A DNA stretch of 16,866 bases from positions 1 to 16,866 of the forward strand of contig JAEOTZ010000020.1 of NCBI GenBank assembly GCA_016839585.1, given 5' to 3'. Position numbers and translations under genes: made by a program. The notes under the pieces were generated by a model that ran no database searches, was not told the origin of the DNA, and was given only the letters and a program-made list of their open reading frames with translations. This stretch comes from Promethearchaeota archaeon. Lineage in GTDB: Archaea; Asgardarchaeota; Lokiarchaeia; Sigyniarchaeales; SOKP01. Below, in pieces: positions 8,747 through 16,866 of the stretch; the first letter of the stretch is position 1, and the number at the start of each line of letters is the position of its first letter.

Positions 8747-8804
8747 AATTTTGATTAATATTTTAACTCTGTTTAGTTAATGATAAGACTTATTTTGATT
8801 TAAT

Positions 8805-11800
8805 ATGTCAATAATAGGAGAGGATATCTTAGGCAAGAAGATCAACAAGAAAAGAGCATTGGGTATTGTTATAATTGCCATTTTGTTGATCTCCATGTTT
8901 GCCTTCTCGACAGTTTTATTAAATTTACTATTTGGTACTCAACGACACGATTTTAACGATTCAATAGAAGATAAAGAAGATGAAGTTGCTCCACCATTAA
9001 CACCTTACTTTCCTTGGGAAGATTTTAATGTTTCAGATATACCCCCAGTAGATTTGGAAGATTTACTTGATATGATATCTGATCTTTTAGATGGTGATTC
9101 AGATGATCTAGATTTAAGTCAATTTTCAGAGGGACTTATGGCGCTTTTAGCCTCTGCTGCTGCTGAATTGGAAGTATTTAGAGTATTTGGTTATTCTGAT
9201 TTTAATGAAATGGATGAAAAATTATGGAAATATGAATGTTATGATCAATATACTGGAACTGATTGGTCAACTTCAGTTCCTATGCAAATTGATGATTTTT
9301 ATACTTATAATAATTATTCTTCACAATATTGGTATTTAGACCTATTAAAAATAAAAATGGCATTATCTCCTAATGCTAGCGAGAGAAATTCGCTTGCTGT
9401 TCCTTCCCTGTTTCCTATTCCGTTTATAATAAAAGAAAGTTTTGACGCTTTAAATAATTTAAGCGTTTCAACGTTAATGTCTACAGAATTATACAAAAAT
9501 TTGTTTAATTCTACAAAAGCAGATCTCTTCTTTTCATCTAACGATGATGTAAATATGACATATAACTTATTTGGTTTAGATTTACGTTCAAATGATGAGA
9601 TTAATAGTCGCGCAGATACAGTTACAAACCCCACTCAAGAATATTTAGATTTGTTGACAATGTTTACACAAATTCCACCAAATTTACAGACATATCTAGC
9701 AAACAATCTTTTTTTTGAATATCATTACAATATTTTAAATAATACTATAATAAACGAAAATGATAATGCATTTGTAATTGCTAACAAAATTAGGAATTAT
9801 CTTCAAACTAATTTTTATTTGTACTATACTCCTTCACCAGATCCAGGTCGAGATGCAGTAGATTGGTTCTGTGAACAACAACAAGGTTTATGGCCAGATT
9901 TTGCTTCAGCGTTTAGCATATTTTCTCGCGCTTTTGGTGTAGCAAGTCGATTTGTAACTGGCTTTAACAGCAGATGGATTGAACCTTTTACTGATTATGG
10001 CGAAGAAACTTTTGCTATTAAATATAAAAATTTATACAATTGGGCTGAAATCTTTGTGCCATTTGATATATTTGGAAATGGTGAATGGGTTCAGATGGAT
10101 ATCCTCTTTGATAGTTATGGACCTGGTGGAAATCCAATGACTGGAGATCGATTTAATATCACTGTTACTTCTGATAAATTACTCTATAATAGAACCACTG
10201 ATGAAATGAAACTAACTGCTACCTTAATACCCCTTGGGCCATATTCAGTGGCCAACAGAACAATTATTTTTACTGATAGAACATCTGACGAAATCCTAGG
10301 TGTAAATGACACAGATGATTTTGGTATAACAAAAATATCAGTACAATTAAATGATTCTTATGTGGTAGGTCCCCACATTATAGAAGCTAGATATGACGCC
10401 TTCAGCTATAATTATACCATCCCTGCAATAAATGGTACAATAGGAATTAATCTACAAAGTGTATATCCCGCTGAAATTAATCGAACTGATCTTATTCCTG
10501 ATGAAACTAACGTCGGGGGTTATGTATTTGATCCAGTAAATAGAAAACGAGTGAAGAATGCAAGGGTTAATTTCATATTATTGCATAAAGGCCCTTCAAT
10601 TGAAGAACCGTCTGCATTTACGCCTTCATCACAAATTACTGGGAATAATGGTGAATTTAATACAACTTTAACTATTAATTCCCCTGTTCCATCAGGTCAA
10701 TATGAAATACGAGTTGATTTTAATGGAACTTGGATTTTATATGGAATACCATATCCAAAATTGGATATAACTAATTCAAGTAATAAAATGGATCTTAACA
10801 TTACTAAAGCTTTGTCTGTGTGGTTTTATATCAATAATACATCAGCAGATAATCCAAATATCCCTGTAGTTTCAAGAAATTCAACTCTTAATCTCACTGC
10901 TAAAGTTATGCTCGGGTTTAGTCCAAAACCAGGTAAAGAAGTGTTCTTTTATGATTATTCTCGAGGTGGTATTGAAATCGGTAGCGTAAATTCTGATCCA
11001 AATGGTATTGCTTCTATAACTTACGATGTACTTGATTATTGTATATCAGGTCCTAATTTAGTATTTGTAAGAGTTGGAATTCAAGAAAATTATTCTTACT
11101 TTATTGTGGATGAATCTCCTACAATTCACATTTCTTCTGGTCCAACGCCTCGAGTGATCAATCGTACTGGAGGTGGTAGTAATACCACATTTAATATCAT
11201 AGGAAATATTACTGATGCTATTGATAGTTCTAGACCATTAGGCTACTCAGAAGTTTCTCTGAGACTAATAAGTAATGGCTTTGATGACTCTTCATATTTA
11301 CTTCCATTTGAAAGTTATCCTTATCAAACTGGTCCAACTGGTACTTTTGATTTAACATTTGCAGTGAATAGTTCTACACCAACTGGTAACTACACATTAA
11401 GAATGGATTTCTATGGAACAATTGATCTAACAATTGCTCCGAGTCATCCATATCCATATACATTTAATTTAGTTTCCTTAAGTTCTTCCACAGTTTTGGA
11501 TGATCAATTGAAAGTAGAAGCGCCAGCTATCTTATATTTTGATTTTTGGATAAATGGGTATCCTTCTTATGACATTAATAATCCAATAATAAATCGTGGT
11601 GTGGCTCTTAATCTTTCTGTACTTATTCAGTATGATAGTACACCGATACCTAATGGGGAATGGGTAGATTTCTATGATGTTACTCAAGAAAAACCAATTG
11701 ATTCTGTACAGACAATATCAGGCTATGCTAATGCTTCATACCCAATAGGCGATTCTTTAGCAGGACCTCATTTGATTTATGCTAAATGGAGAAATAATTA

Positions 11801-13214
11801 TCATTATTCGTACTTCATATTAGATGCACCAATCAATATATTCCTAGATCCGTGTCCTCAACCTCCTGCAATTTATAGGAGTGGACTAACTAATAGAAAT
11901 TTTACAATCCATGGATTTTTAAATGATTCCAAGGGAAATCCAATTAAATATGGTGAAATAACAGTTCACTTATTTGACGGAACAACTGATGTCTCATACT
12001 TACTTAATTTAACGTCTGGATCTTTAGTGCTCGATGAATCAGGAGAAATCGATCTTACTTATCAGGTTTTAGAATCTACTCCTGCGAAGAATTACACATT
12101 AGAAGTATGGTTTGATGGATGGTTTGATTATTCAAGCAGTAATTATCCAAATTATTTTAATCTGGATTTCATTACTAATTTTACCAGTACTGCTGCTTGC
12201 ATTAATAATTTAACAGTTATTGATCCAGATGCTTTAAGTATATTGTTCTTTATAGATGGAAACCCAACACGATCCTTTTATGATGATTTTAACCTTCCTG
12301 AACGTTACAGCCGTCCAGATTCGATTAATTTTTCAGTTTATATTACAATAGATGGTAATCCCGTTAGTACAGGTAATGTATCATTTACTGATTATTATAC
12401 AGGGGACCCATTAGGGACACAATCTGTGAGTAATGGATATGCTTCTATAATAGCAAATATTTTCAGTTGGCATGCTGGACTACATCAGGTAAGGGCACAA
12501 TGGTCAGGATCGAGTACATTTAATTCAACTTACGTAATTATAAATGGAACGGTCAATATTTTAACCTCCTTAGATAAGAATTCTGTTATAAGAAATCTTG
12601 ACAGCTTCAGTGTTAATGGTACAGTGCAAGAAAGTGGAGAAGATCTAAGAGGTTTAGTTCTTGAAATTACATTATTTAATAGTACTGATAGTGATGTTAC
12701 TTCAGATTATCTAATTGGATCTCAAATACAAATAACTGATGACCTTGGTTATTATCAATTCTTCAACTTTATTGATATTTCGTGTCCTCGGGGAGATTAT
12801 TATGTAAGAATTGAATTTAATGGAGGCATACAAGAAGCAGGAATTTCTCTGTCAGATTATATGGTTCATACTACTAGCTTAAATATATCATTAGAAGTTA
12901 TAGCAGGCACTTATATTATTGGGTTTTATGACACACAATTAGAGGGCTGGTATTATAATGATGAATTATGGGTATATGGCAATTTATATTGGGATAATGG
13001 GACTCCTATAAGTGGAATGGAGATAAATGCAACTGTTAGAGATGGTAATGGGGATATTATAGATTCTAAACTAGGGCTAACAGAGGGATTTGGGTTCTTC
13101 AATATTACATTTACAGTTGGTGATTGGGAGGATGATACTGAAATTTGGGTTTATTTTGGATCTGCAGGTGTTTATGTACAAATGATTGAACAACGAGTTT
13201 TTAGACCACCTTAA
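8805..13214 (+). CDS. Membrane-anchored transglutaminase-like (TgpA-type) protein with ~9 tandem Ig-like beta-sandwich domains; probably catalytically inactive
   Basis: Basic N-terminus plus TM helix (aa ~17-43); WKYECYDQYTGTDW motif typical upstream of TgpA-type cores; core DAVDWFCEQQQGLWPDFASAFSIFSRAFGVASRFVTGF ... LYNWAEIFV ... GEWVQMD; then beta-rich repeats with many N-x-S/T sequons. Confidence 0.85.
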   Translation: MSIIGEDILGKKINKKRALGIVIIAILLISMFAFSTVLLNLLFGTQRHDFNDSIEDKEDEVAPPLTPYFPWEDFNVSDIPPVDLEDLLDMISDLLDGDSDDLDLSQFSEGLMALLASAAAELEVFRVFGYSDFNEMDEKLWKYECYDQYTGTDWSTSVPMQIDDFYTYNNYSSQYWYLDLLKIKMALSPNASERNSLAVPSLFPIPFIIKESFDALNNLSVSTLMSTELYKNLFNSTKADLFFSSNDDVNMTYNLFGLDLRSNDEINSRADTVTNPTQEYLDLLTMFTQIPPNLQTYLANNLFFEYHYNILNNTIINENDNAFVIANKIRNYLQTNFYLYYTPSPDPGRDAVDWFCEQQQGLWPDFASAFSIFSRAFGVASRFVTGFNSRWIEPFTDYGEETFAIKYKNLYNWAEIFVPFDIFGNGEWVQMDILFDSYGPGGNPMTGDRFNITVTSDKLLYNRTTDEMKLTATLIPLGPYSVANRTIIFTDRTSDEILGVNDTDDFGITKISVQLNDSYVVGPHIIEARYDAFSYNYTIPAINGTIGINLQSVYPAEINRTDLIPDETNVGGYVFDPVNRKRVKNARVNFILLHKGPSIEEPSAFTPSSQITGNNGEFNTTLTINSPVPSGQYEIRVDFNGTWILYGIPYPKLDITNSSNKMDLNITKALSVWFYINNTSADNPNIPVVSRNSTLNLTAKVMLGFSPKPGKEVFFYDYSRGGIEIGSVNSDPNGIASITYDVLDYCISGPNLVFVRVGIQENYSYFIVDESPTIHISSGPTPRVINRTGGGSNTTFNIIGNITDAIDSSRPLGYSEVSLRLISNGFDDSSYLLPFESYPYQTGPTGTFDLTFAVNSSTPTGNYTLRMDFYGTIDLTIAPSHPYPYTFNLVSLSSSTVLDDQLKVEAPAILYFDFWINGYPSYDINNPIINRGVALNLSVLIQYDSTPIPNGEWVDFYDVTQEKPIDSVQTISGYANASYPIGDSLAGPHLIYAKWRNNYHYSYFILDAPINIFLDPCPQPPAIYRSGLTNRNFTIHGFLNDSKGNPIKYGEITVHLFDGTTDVSYLLNLTSGSLVLDESGEIDLTYQVLESTPAKNYTLEVWFDGWFDYSSSNYPNYFNLDFITNFTSTAACINNLTVIDPDALSILFFIDGNPTRSFYDDFNLPERYSRPDSINFSVYITIDGNPVSTGNVSFTDYYTGDPLGTQSVSNGYASIIANIFSWHAGLHQVRAQWSGSSTFNSTYVIINGTVNILTSLDKNSVIRNLDSFSVNGTVQESGEDLRGLVLEITLFNSTDSDVTSDYLIGSQIQITDDLGYYQFFNFIDISCPRGDYYVRIEFNGGIQEAGISLSDYMVHTTSLNISLEVIAGTYIIGFYDTQLEGWYYNDELWVYGNLYWDNGTPISGMEINATVRDGNGDIIDSKLGLTEGFGFFNITFTVGDWEDDTEIWVYFGSAGVYVQMIEQRVFRPP

Positions 13215-13245
13215 TATCAATAAACAATTGGTGAATCTTAAAAAT

Positions 13246-14850
13246 ATGAATAAATTAAATTCAAGAATAAAAAAGAAATACAGAATTTCTTACACAAGAA
13301 AAATTTTATTTCTAATATTATTTTTGATTAACATTACTTTTATTACTGTCTTTATTTATAATGATGATAAAAGTTTTCAATTAAATGATAACAACCTAAA
13401 ACTATCTTGGACATGGGCTTCACTAGATTTAACAAACCCATTGGAAGTCAATAACTCACGATTTACACATAATACTGATATTTCTATTGAAGGTAGAATT
13501 TATAGTAAATCTGATGGCACTAATAAATCAGATATAGAAGTGATAATACAAGTAGATGGTATTAATTATCCAAGTTATAATTATTTTACCGATTCTAATG
13601 GAAGATTTTTTATTGTTTATACAATTGATCCATCTCTGGATATATATAGTTCTCATGAACTTAAAGCTATTCCAATAAATTATGTGACAGATCCTCCTGG
13701 CGGCATTATTGAAAACCCTGAGTATTATACTATATATGTAAATACCAGTTCATATTTTGATATTATATCATATGATGATCCGACTATCCCAAAACTCACT
13801 GAAGAATATTTTGCTGTAAATGGATTTTTAAGAGATGGTGGTGATTCAGGATTATCATTTGAGGAAGTTTATTATTTCTGGCTTGATGGTTTTAATATAA
13901 TTGATCAAGGTTCATTTTGGACTGGTTCTTCTGGAGATCTTTCAGATATTCAAGTACCTAATACTTTACAAAGTCAACTCACTTTAAAGTTGAATTTTTC
14001 AAATTTTCCTTTTATAGGTTACTCCGAAATTTCAAGTCCTCCAATTAAAATATTTTCAGATGTTTATTGGGATTTAAATATCGATCTTAGTACCTATGTA
14101 GGAGCAAGATATACAATTACAGGGCAATTATCCTCATTAACTAACAGTTCACTTAAAATAAATGATAGAGATATCATTATTATTTATGATGGTATTCCAA
14201 TTCCTGAAAGTAGAGATACAACTGATAATAATGGGGGATTTAGCTCTAGTTTTACAATACCAGGCAGTAATGGGACATTTTCTATACAAGTTCAATTAAT
14301 TAATGATGCGGGAAAAGATATTAGCTCTACCCCAACATATATATTTGTAGATGTTGCTTTACCTTCAAATGGAGGTGCACCTGAACTACCCCCCTTTTTA
14401 ATTTTTTCAGTAATATTTTTTCCGATTTTAGGTATTATTATAGCAGGTCTTATTGTCTATGCATTACGCTATTATAGAAAACAAGAAGAAGAATCCCGGG
14501 TGGTAAATGTTCCTCTAATCTCAAGAATTAAAAACCTTAAAATTCTTAAAGATACAGGAAGATTGGAAGAATCATTATCTTACTTGTTTAATGCAATTTA
14601 TATGGATTTAGTGAATGCGAAATATGGAAGAACAAGAATGGATAATGAAACAATTAGAGATTTTGCTATTGTGTCTGTTAAAGAATTAAAATTAACTCCT
14701 GCTACTGTATATCCATTTATCCAGAAAATTGAAGAAGTAATCTATGCAAAACCTTTTAAAATAACAGAAAAAGATTTTTATAAAACGTGTGAATTATTTT
14801 CTCCGATTTATTTCCAACTAACTGGTTATAATTTTGTATTAAATTTTTAA
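13246..14850 (+). CDS. Membrane protein: N-terminal anchor, ~3 Ig-like domains, TM helix, cytoplasmic DUF4129-like domain
   Basis: The track start at 13186 is a TTG overlapping the upstream gene. In-frame ATG 13246 is preceded by SD-like GGTGA (13230-13234) and is more plausible. TM1 ILFLILFLINITFITVFIY; TDSNGRF and TDNNGGF Ig-like motifs; TM2 FLIFSVIFFPILGIIIAGLIVYAL; C-terminal ETIRDF...IEEVIYA pattern like DUF4129. Confidence 0.8.
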   Translation: MNKLNSRIKKKYRISYTRKILFLILFLINITFITVFIYNDDKSFQLNDNNLKLSWTWASLDLTNPLEVNNSRFTHNTDISIEGRIYSKSDGTNKSDIEVIIQVDGINYPSYNYFTDSNGRFFIVYTIDPSLDIYSSHELKAIPINYVTDPPGGIIENPEYYTIYVNTSSYFDIISYDDPTIPKLTEEYFAVNGFLRDGGDSGLSFEEVYYFWLDGFNIIDQGSFWTGSSGDLSDIQVPNTLQSQLTLKLNFSNFPFIGYSEISSPPIKIFSDVYWDLNIDLSTYVGARYTITGQLSSLTNSSLKINDRDIIIIYDGIPIPESRDTTDNNGGFSSSFTIPGSNGTFSIQVQLINDAGKDISSTPTYIFVDVALPSNGGAPELPPFLIFSVIFFPILGIIIAGLIVYALRYYRKQEEESRVVNVPLISRIKNLKILKDTGRLEESLSYLFNAIYMDLVNAKYGRTRMDNETIRDFAIVSVKELKLTPATVYPFIQKIEEVIYAKPFKITEKDFYKTCELFSPIYFQLTGYNFVLNF

Positions 14851-14978
14851 ATAAAATCTACAAATTCAAATCTACAATAAAAATATTAAAAAAAAAAATT
14901 AAAATGAACTACAAAAAATTATAAACTCAAAATAAATTATTAAATAAATTATTTAAAAAAAGACAATGGTAAGAAAAA

Positions 14979-15356
14979 ATGGCAAAGAAGAAAAAGAAGC
15001 AACCAGAACCAGAAATAAATGTAAAACAAAGATTCGATAACGTGAAGGTCTTGGTTGAAACTAATAGGCCTAAAGAAGCAATTGCTTATATTTATCTTGT
15101 CTACGATGATATTATCAATATCAAATTTAAAAAGCCTAGATTAGCCCATCAAACTATCCGTGAATTCGCAATTGCGTGTGTAAATGAATTAGAAAAGAAA
15201 TTGAAACCAGAATCCGTTTACCCCTTTATTAAGAAGATTGAAGATATTATCTATGGAGGCATTGAACCAACTAATAAAGAATTAAATTATGCAATCGAAT
15301 TATTCTCGAATTTATACAATGAAATTACTGGAAAATCATTCTCTTATAAGTTGTAA
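14979..15356 (+). CDS. Stand-alone soluble DUF4129-like protein, paralogous to the C-terminus of the upstream gene
   Basis: EAIAYIYLVY...QTIREFA...YPFIKKIEDIIYG aligns nearly full-length with the upstream cytoplasmic domain. Confidence 0.82.
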   Translation: MAKKKKKQPEPEINVKQRFDNVKVLVETNRPKEAIAYIYLVYDDIINIKFKKPRLAHQTIREFAIACVNELEKKLKPESVYPFIKKIEDIIYGGIEPTNKELNYAIELFSNLYNEITGKSFSYKL

Positions 15357-15411
15357 TTATGTAAACTATCGTTTTTATTGACATTAATAATAAATAATAA
15401 ACAAAATCAAA

Positions 15412-16866
15412 ATGGTTAAAGCAGGTAAAGCTTCTGAGAAAAGCATTAATATATCAAAAGCAATAATTTTTGGGTTTTTCACTATATATTTAATTGTATT
15501 TGGAGTTATAATTAGTGAATTTATTGTCTCTTTTCAGAAGCATAATCCCGGAGATCTACCTGTTTTGTTTAGTTATATCCCTTTGTTATGTTATATTGGG
15601 GCAGTTTTTTTAGGTATTGCCTTTATTATATTCATTAGAAATGTTTCTGTGTATAAAACTCGCCAAAGCCAATCCCGGAAACAAGTTAAAACAGGATCAA
15701 TGTACAAACAAGCCCTCTTTTTAATAATATTTATTTTTGCATTTGTTCCATTGCTTGCTCCAATAATTGATCAAGGCAAAAATAACCAACATTTCTCGAT
15801 ATATAACACAGATTGGAATGGTTGTTCAGATTTTAGAGACACTGTAGAAGGTCAAGGTTATGAAATAATGGCGGTACAATCAAGCCTTAGTGCTACTGAA
15901 CGGTTAGATAAAAGAATTTTATTAATTTTAATGGGACCTAATCAATATTATGATCCTATATTTGAAATCCCTTATTTCATAGATTTTTTCAAAAGCGGCA
16001 ATTCATTACTTATATGCCATGATCATGGTTCTACAAGCACTTTATTGTGGGAAATACTTATAGCAAGTTTATTAACTCAAGAGATAGATATTCCTCTTAC
16101 TATATTTCCCAATGGAGTATTACGTGATCATCTATACTATGAGCCAACTGCAACTGCAGAATATCCTATAATACAAACTTTCAATCCTCATCCAACGGTT
16201 TTTCCCGGTATGCAAGTTATTTTGGGGCAAGCAACTTCTGCAGCTGGTGGGCCTTTTATAAGTTTTTTTGGGTGGGATGATATAGGATATTCAAGTGAAC
16301 AAAGTTTTATCGATAAGAATGATAATGATCAATTTGATAATGAAACTGATGTTCTTACTTTAGGTTTTATGAGTGGTATGATCCCTGGTTTTCCTCTTGA
16401 TGATTTACCTCTAGGAATTTATCCTCAACCAGTATTCATGGCAAAAGAAACTTTAAATGGAACACGAGTTTTTGTTACAGCAGATGCTAGCTTATTTAAT
16501 AATGAATTAATTGAATTATATGATAATCGTCAATTCGGCATTAATGTTGTTGAGTGGTTAACGTATATAGATTTAGGAGGAAATAAAGACGATTGGATTA
16601 TTGTATTTGATGAGGCTCATATCCGTCCAGAATATTCAAGAGATCTAACCTCTGCGGGGATTTTTGGGTATATAATGCAATATATAGTACATCTATCGAC
16701 TAACCCTATTACAGCATGGATTTACCCAATCTTAGCATATTATACCTTAAGAAGATATCTACCAAAAAAAGATGAGAAAGAACAGAAAAAGAAAGCAGAA
16801 GAAGCAGAAAAGGAAGAAGATATAGCGAAATTTAGAACCTCTTCTTTCTTTGCCCAAAAAATTGAA
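15412..16866 (+). CDS. DUF4350-like membrane protein (3'-truncated; not in the supplied ORF track)
   Basis: Hand translation from ATG 15412 is open to the window end (485 codons). It gives MVKAGKASEK..., three N-terminal TM helices, FSIYNTDWNGCSDF, LLILMGP, VFVTADASLFNNELI, DNRQF, IVFDEAH, then a hydrophobic segment and a charged tail. These motifs match my recollection of archaeal DUF4350 proteins. Confidence 0.8.
   Translation, partial: MVKAGKASEKSINISKAIIFGFFTIYLIVFGVIISEFIVSFQKHNPGDLPVLFSYIPLLCYIGAVFLGIAFIIFIRNVSVYKTRQSQSRKQVKTGSMYKQALFLIIFIFAFVPLLAPIIDQGKNNQHFSIYNTDWNGCSDFRDTVEGQGYEIMAVQSSLSATERLDKRILLILMGPNQYYDPIFEIPYFIDFFKSGNSLLICHDHGSTSTLLWEILIASLLTQEIDIPLTIFPNGVLRDHLYYEPTATAEYPIIQTFNPHPTVFPGMQVILGQATSAAGGPFISFFGWDDIGYSSEQSFIDKNDNDQFDNETDVLTLGFMSGMIPGFPLDDLPLGIYPQPVFMAKETLNGTRVFVTADASLFNNELIELYDNRQFGINVVEWLTYIDLGGNKDDWIIVFDEAHIRPEYSRDLTSAGIFGYIMQYIVHLSTNPITAWIYPILAYYTLRRYLPKKDEKEQKKKAEEAEKEEDIAKFRTSSFFAQKIE

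Noticed and set aside
8398-8804. Replication origin near mcm
   Set aside because: AT-rich, but there are no ORB/G-string repeats and no cdc6/orc1 gene in the window.
9314-9634. 106-aa minus-strand ORF
   Set aside because: Lies antisense within the transglutaminase-like gene and has no recognisable features.
13186-13246. Possible frameshift joining the 1469-aa and downstream ORFs into one TgpA-like protein
   Set aside because: The downstream ORF has its own SD-like GGTGA, ATG, basic N-region and hydrophobic anchor, and no slippery run is evident at the junction. Separate genes are more likely.
14979-15002. NLS-like KKKKK as cargo for the karyopherin-like HEAT protein
   Set aside because: Lys-rich N-termini are common in AT-rich genomes, and nothing links the two genes.
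1-16866. CRISPR array, tRNA/rRNA, IS elements
   Set aside because: No regularly spaced repeats, no GC-rich structured RNA segment, and no transposase or terminal inverted repeats seen.

Overview
AT-rich archaeal window, most consistent with an Asgard (Lokiarchaeia-like) genome. That assignment is inferred from the archaeal MCM, a non-prenylated Rab-like GTPase and the low GC, and was not checked against a database. The left half carries a 5'-truncated polytopic membrane protein fused to a ~750-aa HEAT solenoid, then MCM helicase, a Rab-like small GTPase (minus strand), a Zn-dependent HDAC-family deacetylase, and a Pro-rich/coiled-coil/C4 zinc-ribbon protein. After a 407-bp AT-rich spacer, the right half is a co-oriented cell-surface cluster. 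It holds a 1469-aa membrane-anchored transglutaminase-like protein with tandem Ig-like domains whose catalytic Cys and His appear replaced (Trp, Tyr), an Ig-like/TM/DUF4129-like protein, a stand-alone DUF4129-like paralogue, and a 3'-truncated DUF4350-like membrane protein missing from the ORF track. The best novelty candidates are the membrane-anchored HEAT scaffold beside MCM/Rab/HDAC, the split pseudo-transglutaminase surface system, and the polyproline adaptor. No RNA genes, CRISPR arrays or mobile elements were seen.
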